Shown here: positions 37,201-49,200 of the stretch, in pieces
How positions within the stretch are numbered: the first letter of the stretch is position 1
How the letters are laid out: every line of letters begins with the position of its first letter
The notes under the pieces: model-generated
Database searches by the model: none
What the model was told of the DNA's origin: nothing
Seen by the model: the letters and a program-made list of their open reading frames with translations, nothing else
Assembly: GCA_016283155.1 (NCBI GenBank)
Contig: JAEEMI010000016.1
Span: 44,726-108,725 of the forward strand
DNA: 64,000 nucleotides
From: Clostridia bacterium
GTDB taxonomy: Bacteria > Bacillota > Clostridia > Christensenellales > UBA1242
Direction: 5' to 3'
Position numbers and translations under genes: made by a program

Positions 37201-40200
37201 GAGTAATATGCCCAAACAAATTCCCCATTAACAAGTATGGTAAACGGAATTCGTACATCAATAAAGTCATTCAAATTCTTTGCGGAAGCTGTGAAAGTAA
37301 TACCAACAATTAAATCGTTAGCACCGTTATTAACGATATTGATATCAAAACATTCATACTTACCAACACCACTTTCCAAACCACCATTAAATACTTTAAT
37401 ATAATCATAAGCAAAAGATATATTACGGTTATCAACGTGCAATGGATAATTACAAGATGTACCAATGGCCTGCATATAGCGTGCACCAATTAACAACGTG
37501 TTATCCTCATTACCATCAGTACTGTAGCCAGGTTCAAGACCTTCATAACCTGGGAAATCAATGGTTTCAATTTTTTCAGTCGTAATTTGAATTTGTAAAT
37601 TAACATCAGTATCAATTAATGGATTTACACTACCTACTCTAGGTGCACCCGTCGCATAACCAACTTTAACAGTACCTAAAATACTATTCACAGCCGATGC
37701 ATTTTCGGACTTATGAATCATAATTCGGTTGCCAACATTCTTCAATTCGACATTAATACTACCAACATTATTTTTAACCGCAAAATACAAAGTTTCATTA
37801 TCTATCACATTATCAACAGGAGTTTCATTACGTATCGCATTATTTAATGAATTTTCAAAGTTTTGAATCAATAAATTTGCTACATTGCGAATATTTACAT
37901 TATCTGAATAAGATGCCTGAACACGCAAATCCAATGTAATATCGCTATTTAATTCTACATTATTATCTTCTACTCCTGCCAAATAGAAACCTTCCACAAT
38001 GAATACAGTTGGTGTAATATAGTACTTATAAACATAATTTGGTTCAATCGCATTTACATCATCAGAATACGGGATTTGAATTTCAATCATATAATTACGT
38101 AAAGCAACAACCGGAGCCAATGAAACATTGAAGTTAACAACATTATTATTGGATTTTTCAACTTCAACAGTAATCAAATTTTCACGTTCACCTTCGATGT
38201 TAATTGAATGGTCGGTTCCTTGCTCGACTACTTTAATATCATTATGGAAAATACGTGCTGCACTAGCAATCTCAACAGAATAATCTGTCGCTGTACCTAA
38301 GGCTTGAACTGCGTAACTAACATTTGCAGCCAAAAGTTCTTTACCAACTTTGTTATTTTCCCAATCGGCTTGACTATAACCAGTTGAAATTAAAATTTGG
38401 TTAGATACTAAAGTATTACTATTTTCAACCAATCTTGGAAGACCATTTTCATAAACAACATAAGTTGAAAGTCCAATTGCAGTATTACTCTCCGTGGTTG
38501 CCGAACAATTTCGTTTCAAATACAATCCATCAATACCGATGAAAATATGCGGATTATATACAATCATATAATTCACTGCTTCATTTTCAAGATTGCTTTT
38601 TGCATTGTTGATTGAATTTTGTAAAACCAAATCATTAGTTTCACAGGTTTCAATATGAGCAACATAACTAATTAAAGTATTAGGTTCACTATCAGTTGTT
38701 AACAATAAATAATCATCGTGCGTTTGATCACTAATTAAAGTATTGTTATTGCCAGCAGCCTTAATTGTCCAACCCTTTAATTCAAACAATAAGGGCGTTA
38801 TTTCAATACAATAACTATACCAAACATCCTTACCGTTAACAGTGGTTAAATAAGGGATATAAACACGAACTGGATTTGATAACAAAGTCGAATTGGTCGA
38901 TAATTGAATTTGCAAAGTATTCTTAGCAGTATCAACTAAAATGGTTAGTTTTTCATAGGTCTCCATTGTCCCATTAGTTGAATTATCAAACGAATTTAAC
39001 AAATTACCAGCATTCTCAGCCCATAAATATTGATAGAAAATTTGTCCTTTAATGTTTTTTAAGGTATAAAGTTTGGTTTTACCAATAATCTGGTTAGCTT
39101 GCACTTTACCCATAACCGCTGGATGCTCTGGATTTGGTTTTTTATTTGCCGACCAAACACGATAGTCAATGACACTTTCAACAACATTACGTTTATCTTT
39201 AGTAATTGTTGTGAATTCAGGGTATCCATTATTATAATTAACAGCTGCACCAAAGATAATATATTGGTTATCTTCAAAAGTAATTGACTTAGGTGCTACC
39301 CCATTGTTTAAACTTTCGTTAATACTATTAATGTGATTTTGAACGTCGCTTAACACTGCACTGGGAACTTTTGTTAAATCCGAGGTAATCACACGGTATT
39401 GCAAGTCATTAGTCGAATATGGTTCCACGACCCAAACTGAACGTTCTGGATGTTCAACTGGTTCAAAACCTAAAATCTCATAATAAACAGGATTAATCTG
39501 TAAAGTATATTTACTACTAATCTCAACATTAACCGGTGAACCAATTAATGCATCATCTAACAATAAAACATTAATATAATTCGGGTTATCTTTTGACCAA
39601 GTTGCGTCATAATAAAGACTATTAATTGTAACATCTGAACCGTTGCGTACTACCAATGAACCATTTGTCTGGAACATATCATCCAAATTACTTTCTAAGG
39701 CAGCATCATTAATGTAATATGTTTTGATTGTACCAACAGCTTGATATTCACTGTGCGTACTAGCATTGACCGTGTTAGCCTCTACTACTTTAAATGATTG
39801 CCAAACACGATGGACCGGATCATTGGTCAAATAAGGCGTACCTTGATAAGCATTGTAAGCTACCGAAGTCATAACTTGAAAATAATAGACACCAGTACTT
39901 TCTCCACGCGTACGCGTTTTAGCAGCATATTTTGATGTTAAGAATGTGTTGGTAAAATCATCTAAGATTGTTTGCAAAGTAATATGATTAGTAGTATCAA
40001 TTTCTTCATTTAATAAACTATCAGCATATTCATAAACTGGAACAAATGTGTTTCCACCAATACTAGCAATATCGTTAGTAAATTGATTAATATCGTCTAC
40101 ATAAATTGTATCATCATTATAACCAGGAAGAGCAAAACCGGTCACTTTAAATAACACCGGACGAACAACTAAAATAAATGCAACATTATCCGCATCAGAA

Positions 40201-43200
40201 CTATTAGGAGTATTATTCACGTGTGCTCGGTCATAATAGATAAAGATTTTGAATTCACTGTGAACCAATTCAGCATCCGCTTTTAGAGCAACTTGTAAAT
40301 GATTTCCATTTGTTACTTGTACCGTAATATCATCACCAGTATAACGTTGTAATTTACTGTCATCATCAGCATATTTGATATCACTATTTTCATACACAGC
40401 AATCATTTCATCAGTGAATCCGGTCAAATCAGGAACATCAATTGTATATGCCACATTGGTTCCAACTGTAATTTCTGTCATACGATTACGTGGTACATTA
40501 GGATAAACGATACCATTACCCTTGATTTGATCAGCATAGTATGCATACTCAAAAACATCACGCACAACCGCAGTTGGTTCTGCACTGTTAATTGATACAA
40601 TATTAGCTACACCGTGTGCGTCATAATTAATTGCTGCACTGACAATTAAATATTGCTTACCCATTAAAGTGGTAACTAAATAATCATCCCAATCTTTCGC
40701 CACCCACTCGTTGTTTTCATATTTTGCTAGATGAAGATTAAATGCATTAATTTGATTTTGAATTTCATCAAACAAAGTGCTGTCTGTAGAATAATGAGCA
40801 CGCACACAGAATAATAAGTCACCAACTTTCTCACCTGTTCCATTAGAATTAATCAACCACATATGACGTTCTGGATGATTAACTACCTCAAAGCCCTCAA
40901 CCAAGAACCAAACAGGTTGGATTGTCATCGTAAAAGTTGTTCCATTATTAATGGTTATTGTTACTTGTTTTTCTACTAAAGTTTGGTTTGGTTTCAAAAC
41001 AACCTTTAAAGCATAAGTATTGTTACCGCCATAGTTAACTATTTCTGCTGTGATGTAATTTTCAACTTCACTATTATTAACATTTGTTATTGCTTGGTTA
41101 ATCGTTGCACCAGCGAAACCTGCACCCAAATAATAGTATTCAGTCGTACCAACAGCTTGATAATGCAAAGCAACATTACTCTGTGCGGTTCGAGAATATT
41201 TAACGTAACTTTCAATCACATTCAATGGGTTATTAACAGTATTTAACAATTTAGGTGCTTGACGATAATTAGAACCAGCTGCACCATAATCGATTGCGAT
41301 ATCAAGTTTCAAATATTCACCATCATCTTCAATGTTAAACAAGCCACCTTTAACCGCGTTTAATTGCGTATTAAATGTTTTAATGTATTCAACAATATCC
41401 TTACCATTATACGAGATTTGATCGTTATATTTAACTTTGGCACGATAAGAAATTTCAGTAATTTCTAAATCATCCAAATAAATTGGTTGTTCAGGGAAGT
41501 CAGTATCCACTCCAATTACCTCAAATAGTACCGGTTGGATGGTTAATACGAATACCAAATTAGAACCTGAATAAAAATTAAACACAATATCCTCGTTAAG
41601 CAAATTATCAATTGCATTTTCCCAAGTACTCGTTGGTAATTCACTCGGCAATAAATTTAAGGTTAATACATTATCCACAAATGAAGCTTTCCAACCACGT
41701 TGCGCTAAGATACTTTCGTTGTAGGATAACATTTCCATATCAGCACTCAGTGTTTGACTCAAATCAATTGTATAACTAACCGTTGTACCAATTGCTTGTA
41801 CTTCAGTACGAGTGCGTGGTCCTACTGGTAACGGTAAATATTCAGCATTAGCATTGCTGTTACCACGACCAAATATTGCGTACCAGAAATCAACATCAAG
41901 ACGTACAACGAAATCACCGTTTACTTCTGGTCGTTCAATGATTGTTGGGATACCTGTCGTATAATCCAAATAAAGTGTAATATGCAAATCACCCGACATT
42001 AAACTACGATCATAATAGCGACCAATTAAATTAGCTTTTGTATTTTGTAATTCACCAATAAAGTCCGCTTTCTTTTGTGGAATTTCAAAACTTGAATTTA
42101 GTGAATGTTCACCAAAAATAGCATCAAACTTAACACCTAAAGGAGAATCCGGATCTTCGCCATAATACAAAAAGATATTACGATCTTCACTATTCTGTCC
42201 TGCCACAGTCAAATCTTCAACAACAAAATAAGCAGGAATTACATTCAAAACATACGATGGTTCTTCATCGTTATCGTTAACAAAAACACCGATACGGATA
42301 CGATTACCCAACAAAGCAGTTGTTTGCGCTAAAATAACTTTAATTTTGTTTTGGCCATCTCGTTCAATTGCCCAATCTGAACTCATTGATTGGTCGTAAG
42401 TATTCCAAACTTCGTTACCATTAACATTTGTACCGATTTTAATACTTTCAAAAACACGGTTAACATTATATATAACAGTTTGACCAATCGCTTGAGCTTT
42501 GGTATTTTCGGGAGTGCCATCAACTAATTCATAGCGATAAACATTTTGCACTGTCGTAAGACCATTCACGACATTAACCAAAGTTGGAATACCATCTTCA
42601 TAGTCTACCCCAGCAATCAAAGTAATGTAACCAGCATCATCAATACGTGATACTAGACCAGAAATGTTTAATGATTGTTTAAAGGCAGCAATTTGTGTAT
42701 CAAAATTATAACTATGGCTGTAATTTCTAACAAAATCCAAATCCAAATCTTGTAACCAACCAGTTTCATTTTTAATCAAAACCGGATTTTCATCGACGTG
42801 TTTTGACAAAAATAATTGTTCAACAGTGAAATAAGCAGGAACGATGTTCAAAACGTACATCAAATCCCCTGCTTGATTATAAGCCATAACACTTAAAACT
42901 TTATTAAATAAACTGGTATCTTCATTTAAAGTTACCAAAACTGTATTTTCTTTTACATTACAAACAGCATTCCAAGCAAAACTATTTTCCCAAACAACAT
43001 TACCATCAGCACGAATTTCGTATTTATCTAATGCCGAATCGTAAACGACACCCGGCAAAGCAATATTATAACGGACCTTAGTGCCAATTGCTTGAGCAAT
43101 CGTACGTACACGTCCATTTGGTGCCGGATCGAGCACTGGCGTAACGCTATTATTTCCTTCATTGGCGGCACCAAAGGTATTAACTGGAATATAAGTTGAG

Positions 43201-46200
43201 ATTTGTTGTCCATTACTATTTAATGTTGGAATACCGTTAACATAAGTAATGCCTGCTGTAATCAACAAATAACTAGTAGCTGTAATCGGATTAGCACTGT
43301 CAGCACGAGTTAAAGCACGTGTTGCATTATCGAAGTTAAAATTTAAAATACCATCGTCATTCGGAATACGATTAAATGACAATCTTGTATCGGTTGATAA
43401 ATTATTTTGTGCATTTAGAAGCGCTGTATTAAACGTATTAATGGCGTTATTGACGGCCGTATCATTAACAGCACTGATATTTCCCGCCTCAACTGTTATC
43501 GTACTCGGGGTAGTTAACGCCACCAATGGATACGCGGGATTATTTTGTAATTTAAATTCATCAAAGGTAAAATATACCGGAATAATGGTCAATTCTAATT
43601 GAGGAGTTACTTGGTCAGCAGTTGAATAAACGTAAACAACAATTCTACCTGCATTAATTAATGCACTATATGCAGTACTATCACTAACAGTACTACTACG
43701 ATTTTCTAAACTAACCGTCAATAAAACTGTGGTTCGATCTTGAGACTTAATATCACGATACCAATAATCACTAATTCCTGTTGTGTTATTATTTGAGTCT
43801 TGTAAGTATAACCTTGATGCGTGTATTGGATCCCAGTTATAGAATGTATATGTTTCAGCAGTGCCCACAGCTAAATATTCTGTGCGTTTGATTGTCGCAA
43901 TAGGCGTTGCAATATCATAATAGAAGGTGTGCGCATAACGGAACTCACCATTTTTGGTTAATACCGGAACACCATTAACATAAGTATACGGAATTTGTAT
44001 ATCAATTTGACCAGGAGTTTCATAGTTACGCGAAATTAAACTTGAAGTTAATAAACTTTCATTAAACGTTCTCATTTTTTCAGTCAAAGCACTACTGGAC
44101 ATACTGGTGTTGTAATTAAATAAAGCACGATATTTTAATTGCGCTAAAGCATTTTTGGATGCCAATTGTAAACGTGTCTCATAATGATCAATTACCTCTA
44201 CACTATCAAATTCAAAATAAACCGGTACAATGACAATGCTAAAATATGGATTAACATAATCGCCAGGACGACGATATGGAATACGAATTTCAATTGATTG
44301 TCCTATTGCTTTATTATCAGCTTTTATATAAACAGATAAAGTTTGATCAACAGAGTTAATTGTTACATCCGCATAGGTTGAATGAATCGTCGTATTTGAA
44401 GAACCAGTTCCGTTCAAAGTAAATTTTGCATAATTTGGCACACAATCAATTGGCAATGCAACGTCATAAACAGCCGTTGTACCAACTGCTTGATAACGCG
44501 TTTGAGCCATAGTTCGCACTGCATAATCTTCTGTATTGCTATCTGGAGTAATTACAAAACTATCGCGATATCTAGCATCCAAAGTCATAGTTTCCGTAAT
44601 TGCTTTTGCCGTTCTTTCACCTTGAATCGAAATTTGAATTTTGAAACGCGTACCATCTGGTAATCGATATGAAACCTGCGCATCCGAAACAATATAAGTT
44701 CGGAAATAATATTTACCGGTCCATTTATATCCCTCTGCAGCTGACCAAGATGAAACCATTTTAGGTGTGCCAGTTCCGCTTAAATATGGTTGATAGTACT
44801 TTTCAGTTTCATTATAAATCATTTGAGTAAAACCAACCGTATACGTCACTTTATCGTAAATTGGTTTACCTGTTAAATCCGTACCGATCTCAACGTTCTC
44901 TATATGAGCACCATTACTTGCCATTGATAATGAAATGTTGGAAACGTTAATATAATATGGCGTCGGATAAATTACCAACAGTCCACCTGCCGATTCGTTA
45001 TCCAAATAAATTACACCGGAATCAGTTTGTCCAGTTGCTAATGTCAGTAAACTTCGATTACCTTCAACGACATTAGTATTGGCAAAATGCGCCATTGTCA
45101 CATTATTAATTCCATCTTTCATTAAACTTAATGTCGCTGAATCTTTAGCTGGAGTTTTTACCTTACTTAGCGGTGATCCAACTAAATTTTCACGTATAAT
45201 TAATTCAGCACTCGGAATATTATAGAAAGGATCAACATCAGGAACAATAATTACAACGGCTACTTCAATACGTAAGTAATAAGTATAATAACCATTAACT
45301 GGAATTGTATTGGCATTCAAACAGGTCAACTTAAATTCTAATTTGGACTTACCACCTTCCAAATTAATATAGGATACATCTGTATCATCGGCGAACAAAT
45401 CATAATACACACCGTCGTATGAGAAATTATACGTTAACAAACTTGGTTTCCAGTTTTCCTGATCAATACGCATTGTTACATCATAAGTCGCTGTTGTAAC
45501 ACCGTCTAATGATACAGAATTTTGCACGATGTTCAAATAGTTAATACCACCCTTAACATCAACTTTTACGTTAGCTGTTAACGCATCTAACTCAAATGTG
45601 AATTGTTCCGTTAATCTTGTAAACTGAATATATGGGAAGAAGGAATATGTACCACCATCATAAGTAACATATGAAGTACGTCCCTCTTCTTCTGTAGTAA
45701 AATTAGTTTTGTTTAATTGCCAACCAGCACTTTGGTTTAAATTTGAATTAAAATTAAAGCCGGTACCACGTTGAACCGTAATTGTATCAATTTTGTGATT
45801 ATTTTCATCTTCTGGAGAAAGCGTTCTACGAGCTGCTAAACCAATACGATTGTTTCTAACATCAAAATTATCGATTCCTTCGACTACATAGAAAATCGAC
45901 ATCTGGGCGTTAACACTGAATTGATAATAAACTTGTACGTCGCCGTGACTATACATTTCTTCGTCATTACTGGTTCCGTGTTTATGGTTTAAATCAATTT
46001 TTAATCCTTCTCTTCCTTCATCAGGATTCAAACGAACTCCAACCGCACCAACTTTTTCTGCAGCATTATTACCAACTTTAACATACTTTTCTAATGTAAT
46101 TGTTTCAGTTAAACCTTTTAATGTCCCCCAACCAAGCACACTATACAAATCATCAAAGTAATAAACATTTGCATCAATTTGTGAACCATAAGGGTTCCTT

Positions 46201-49200
46201 GGTGTAGTATAGAATAACACGGCAACACGTTGGTTAGTTGAATTCTCTTTTGCAGGAATAATCCAATTGTAACCACCCAGATTATTACGTTTACCGCTGT
46301 TAGCATCGTGAATATGGTTGCTGGTCAACTCAGCAATATTAGATGTTACTTCTTCGGCACTACCAACAAAAATACGCACAATTTTATAATATTTAGGTAA
46401 TACCAAATCAACGTTATTATTGGTATCAACGTAATACAAACTGTCACGCGTATAAATTACCAACGCATAGGATCCCATATCCGTTACATTTTGCAATGGA
46501 TCAATCGTAACCATATCGGAATTAACACAAGCCGTAGCCACATTACCAATTTGTAGATTAGAACCATTCACAACAGGTGCGAAAGGTGATAATTCATATT
46601 TGCCATTTTTCCATTCTGCATATGCAATGCCAATATTTTTATTCGATGCGTCATCAGCCGATTTAACATTAATTTCTGCTCCACTCATTGAACCAACTGT
46701 CGAAATTAATTCAACATAATTTCCCAAATTAGTACTAAAATCATTGCCTGATATAGTTATTGTGTTAGGCTTAGTTTCTGAAATACTAACCGATACAGAT
46801 ACTAAAGCTCCAGCCATATAATTAAATTCAAACGGAAGTTCGTTATTAATTACACCATCACCATCCAAATCAAATTCGGTGAAAATATAATTTTTATAAA
46901 CTTTAAAACCAATATCAAAAACGCCATCAGTTAAATATTTGGCCGTAATCCTAAACTTATTAATTGCCCCTTGTGATTCAATTAACACATTTTCATTTTT
47001 CTGTGCAATGTCAATATGTAAATAGGTATAATCAGTAATCGACACGCCCTCGTACGAGTACATTTTTAATTCGACTTCACGGCTACAGCCAATACCATCC
47101 AAATTAAGGATGGCAGGTTGGGTCACAACGTTAATTACAGGATCAACAACAATCATATAAACCGTAATTGTACGTTGGTGTTCGTGATAAACTTCTTCAC
47201 TATAGGCGTGCAAACTAACCGTACAAGTATAAATTCCTTCAGATAAATCAATCGCATTAAAACTACGTGTATTAGTTGCGATTACTTGATTGCCAACTTT
47301 AATTTCATCAAAAATTGCATATGCACCTACACTTACACTTGGCGTATCAATCGCAAATTGATAATCATATCCCTTACGTACATAGACTGTACGCACATAA
47401 TCATATGTCGAATTATAACTATTAGAAATAGTTTGGTAAACTTTTCCCTGACTATTACTTACAACAGACATTGACAATGCTTCAACTGTTGGGAAAACCC
47501 GAACATTAAACGTATAAGATTTACCATTGGTATAACGAATCGTCATTGGATAATCTTTATAATATTGAATTGGTGCAATATCACTTGCTGTAAAGGTATA
47601 GGTTAGATGGTAATATCCCGCCACACCATCAACGCTAAAGGGTACTGAACGATCACAAGTAATTTCAAATGGTAAATTCTCACTATTATCCGAAACTTTA
47701 GTTGTATTCCAAAATTCACTATAGGTATCAATGTTATCACGAGTTACCATTCCATAAACGTCAACAGATGCCGTGCTAAATGTTTTGTATTTAGTATTAT
47801 ACACTAAAGCAACACCAGAAGTTCCATCGTCAAATTTAGTTAAGTTTTCAACTTTAAATTTGTCAATAGCACTAGTAACATCTAAATTAATATCACAAGT
47901 TGCGTTGCCCCCAATTGATAATTGCTCAATACTTTTTGCGCGTAAAACCATTGAAGTAATATGATTACCAATAAAGTTTGATGCGTTACCTTTATCAGTT
48001 AATGCTACTCCGAAAGTATTCAAGTAATTAACCGAATAGTTACTTTGCGAAAGCATTACCCATTTATTAGTTTGTTTTGACCAATAACCAATGTTTAAAA
48101 TACTATATAAATCGAAGTCTTCATCAACCAATTTTAATTGACCATTTTCTTCAATCCACTTACCCTCACGGTCATAAATTCCAGTATAATTACCATTACT
48201 ATCTTCAACGACCAATTCAAATTGGATATCAGAATCCATATTAATGGTTTTTCCATTGCCGGTATCTAGAGTAAATGTATCATAATATTTGTTAATATTA
48301 TTTTCGTTTTTACCTTCATAAAAAAATGCATCAACTGTTTTTTTACTGGGTGCTAAATTATATGATTTATCGCCGTGAATTCTTACATCACTATCGCCAT
48401 AAAATTCATAACGTACACGTAAATAAATTGTATCAACAATTTGAACATCAACATCAGACTCATCAGCAAAACTGATTTCCGTATTGTTCGTTAAATCTTT
48501 AATAATTGGATATGCCGTAATTCGCACCGCCACTTCTCCAAGGTTTTGTACTGTTGATAACGAACGTTCATACGGCGAAAGATAATCAACACGTACCATT
48601 TTAGTATCTGCACTTTCTACTTTAAAACCATAATCAGAAGCTGCAGTTTTAACTTGGTCTAAAGCAAATGTAAAAGTTGCCCCAGATTGTTCTTCACGGT
48701 TAGCAATTAAATCCCAAACATTTTCATACATTGAAGTAGTTGGTGCCTTGTATGCATCGGTTGTTGTAATTACTTTTGTTGCCTTAGGGAAAACATAAAA
48801 AGGAACATCCAGCCAGTCATCCATAGCGGGCAATTTAACTTGTAAATCAATATATTGATCAACACAAGTTGCCTGATCTGTAACAGTCAAAAAGTCATTA
48901 TCCAAAATGACACCTGAATAATCACGTTTTAAACGATATTCTACTGGAAATTTATTTGGCGTATATATGTGTTCATTATCATCAGGATGAGCATAAAAAT
49001 CATATTTACTTAATATTGCATCTGATTTTAAATTTACCCCTACCCCACCTTGACGAATTCCAAAGTGAGCATTAGTGCCAATCTTCATATCTTTAGCAAT
49101 CATACTAACGGTAACTTTAACCGAAACCGTTTTTGCACCAGATGCACTAGTGAAGACAATGTTAACCGGGGCCCCACCATTTTGTCCGGTAACTTTAAAA

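Noticed and set aside
36700-44520. Diversity-generating retroelement or cassette-recombination system acting on the repeat array.
   Set aside because: There is no reverse transcriptase in the window. The modules share only scattered amino-acid anchors and no nucleotide-level template/variable repeat pairs that I could see.
29259-47964. About a dozen 60-90-aa track ORFs on both strands inside the 7,116-aa gene.
   Set aside because: All are nested in the giant ORF, lack RBSs and have skewed, low-complexity translations. They are expected by chance in 21 kb of AT-rich coding DNA.
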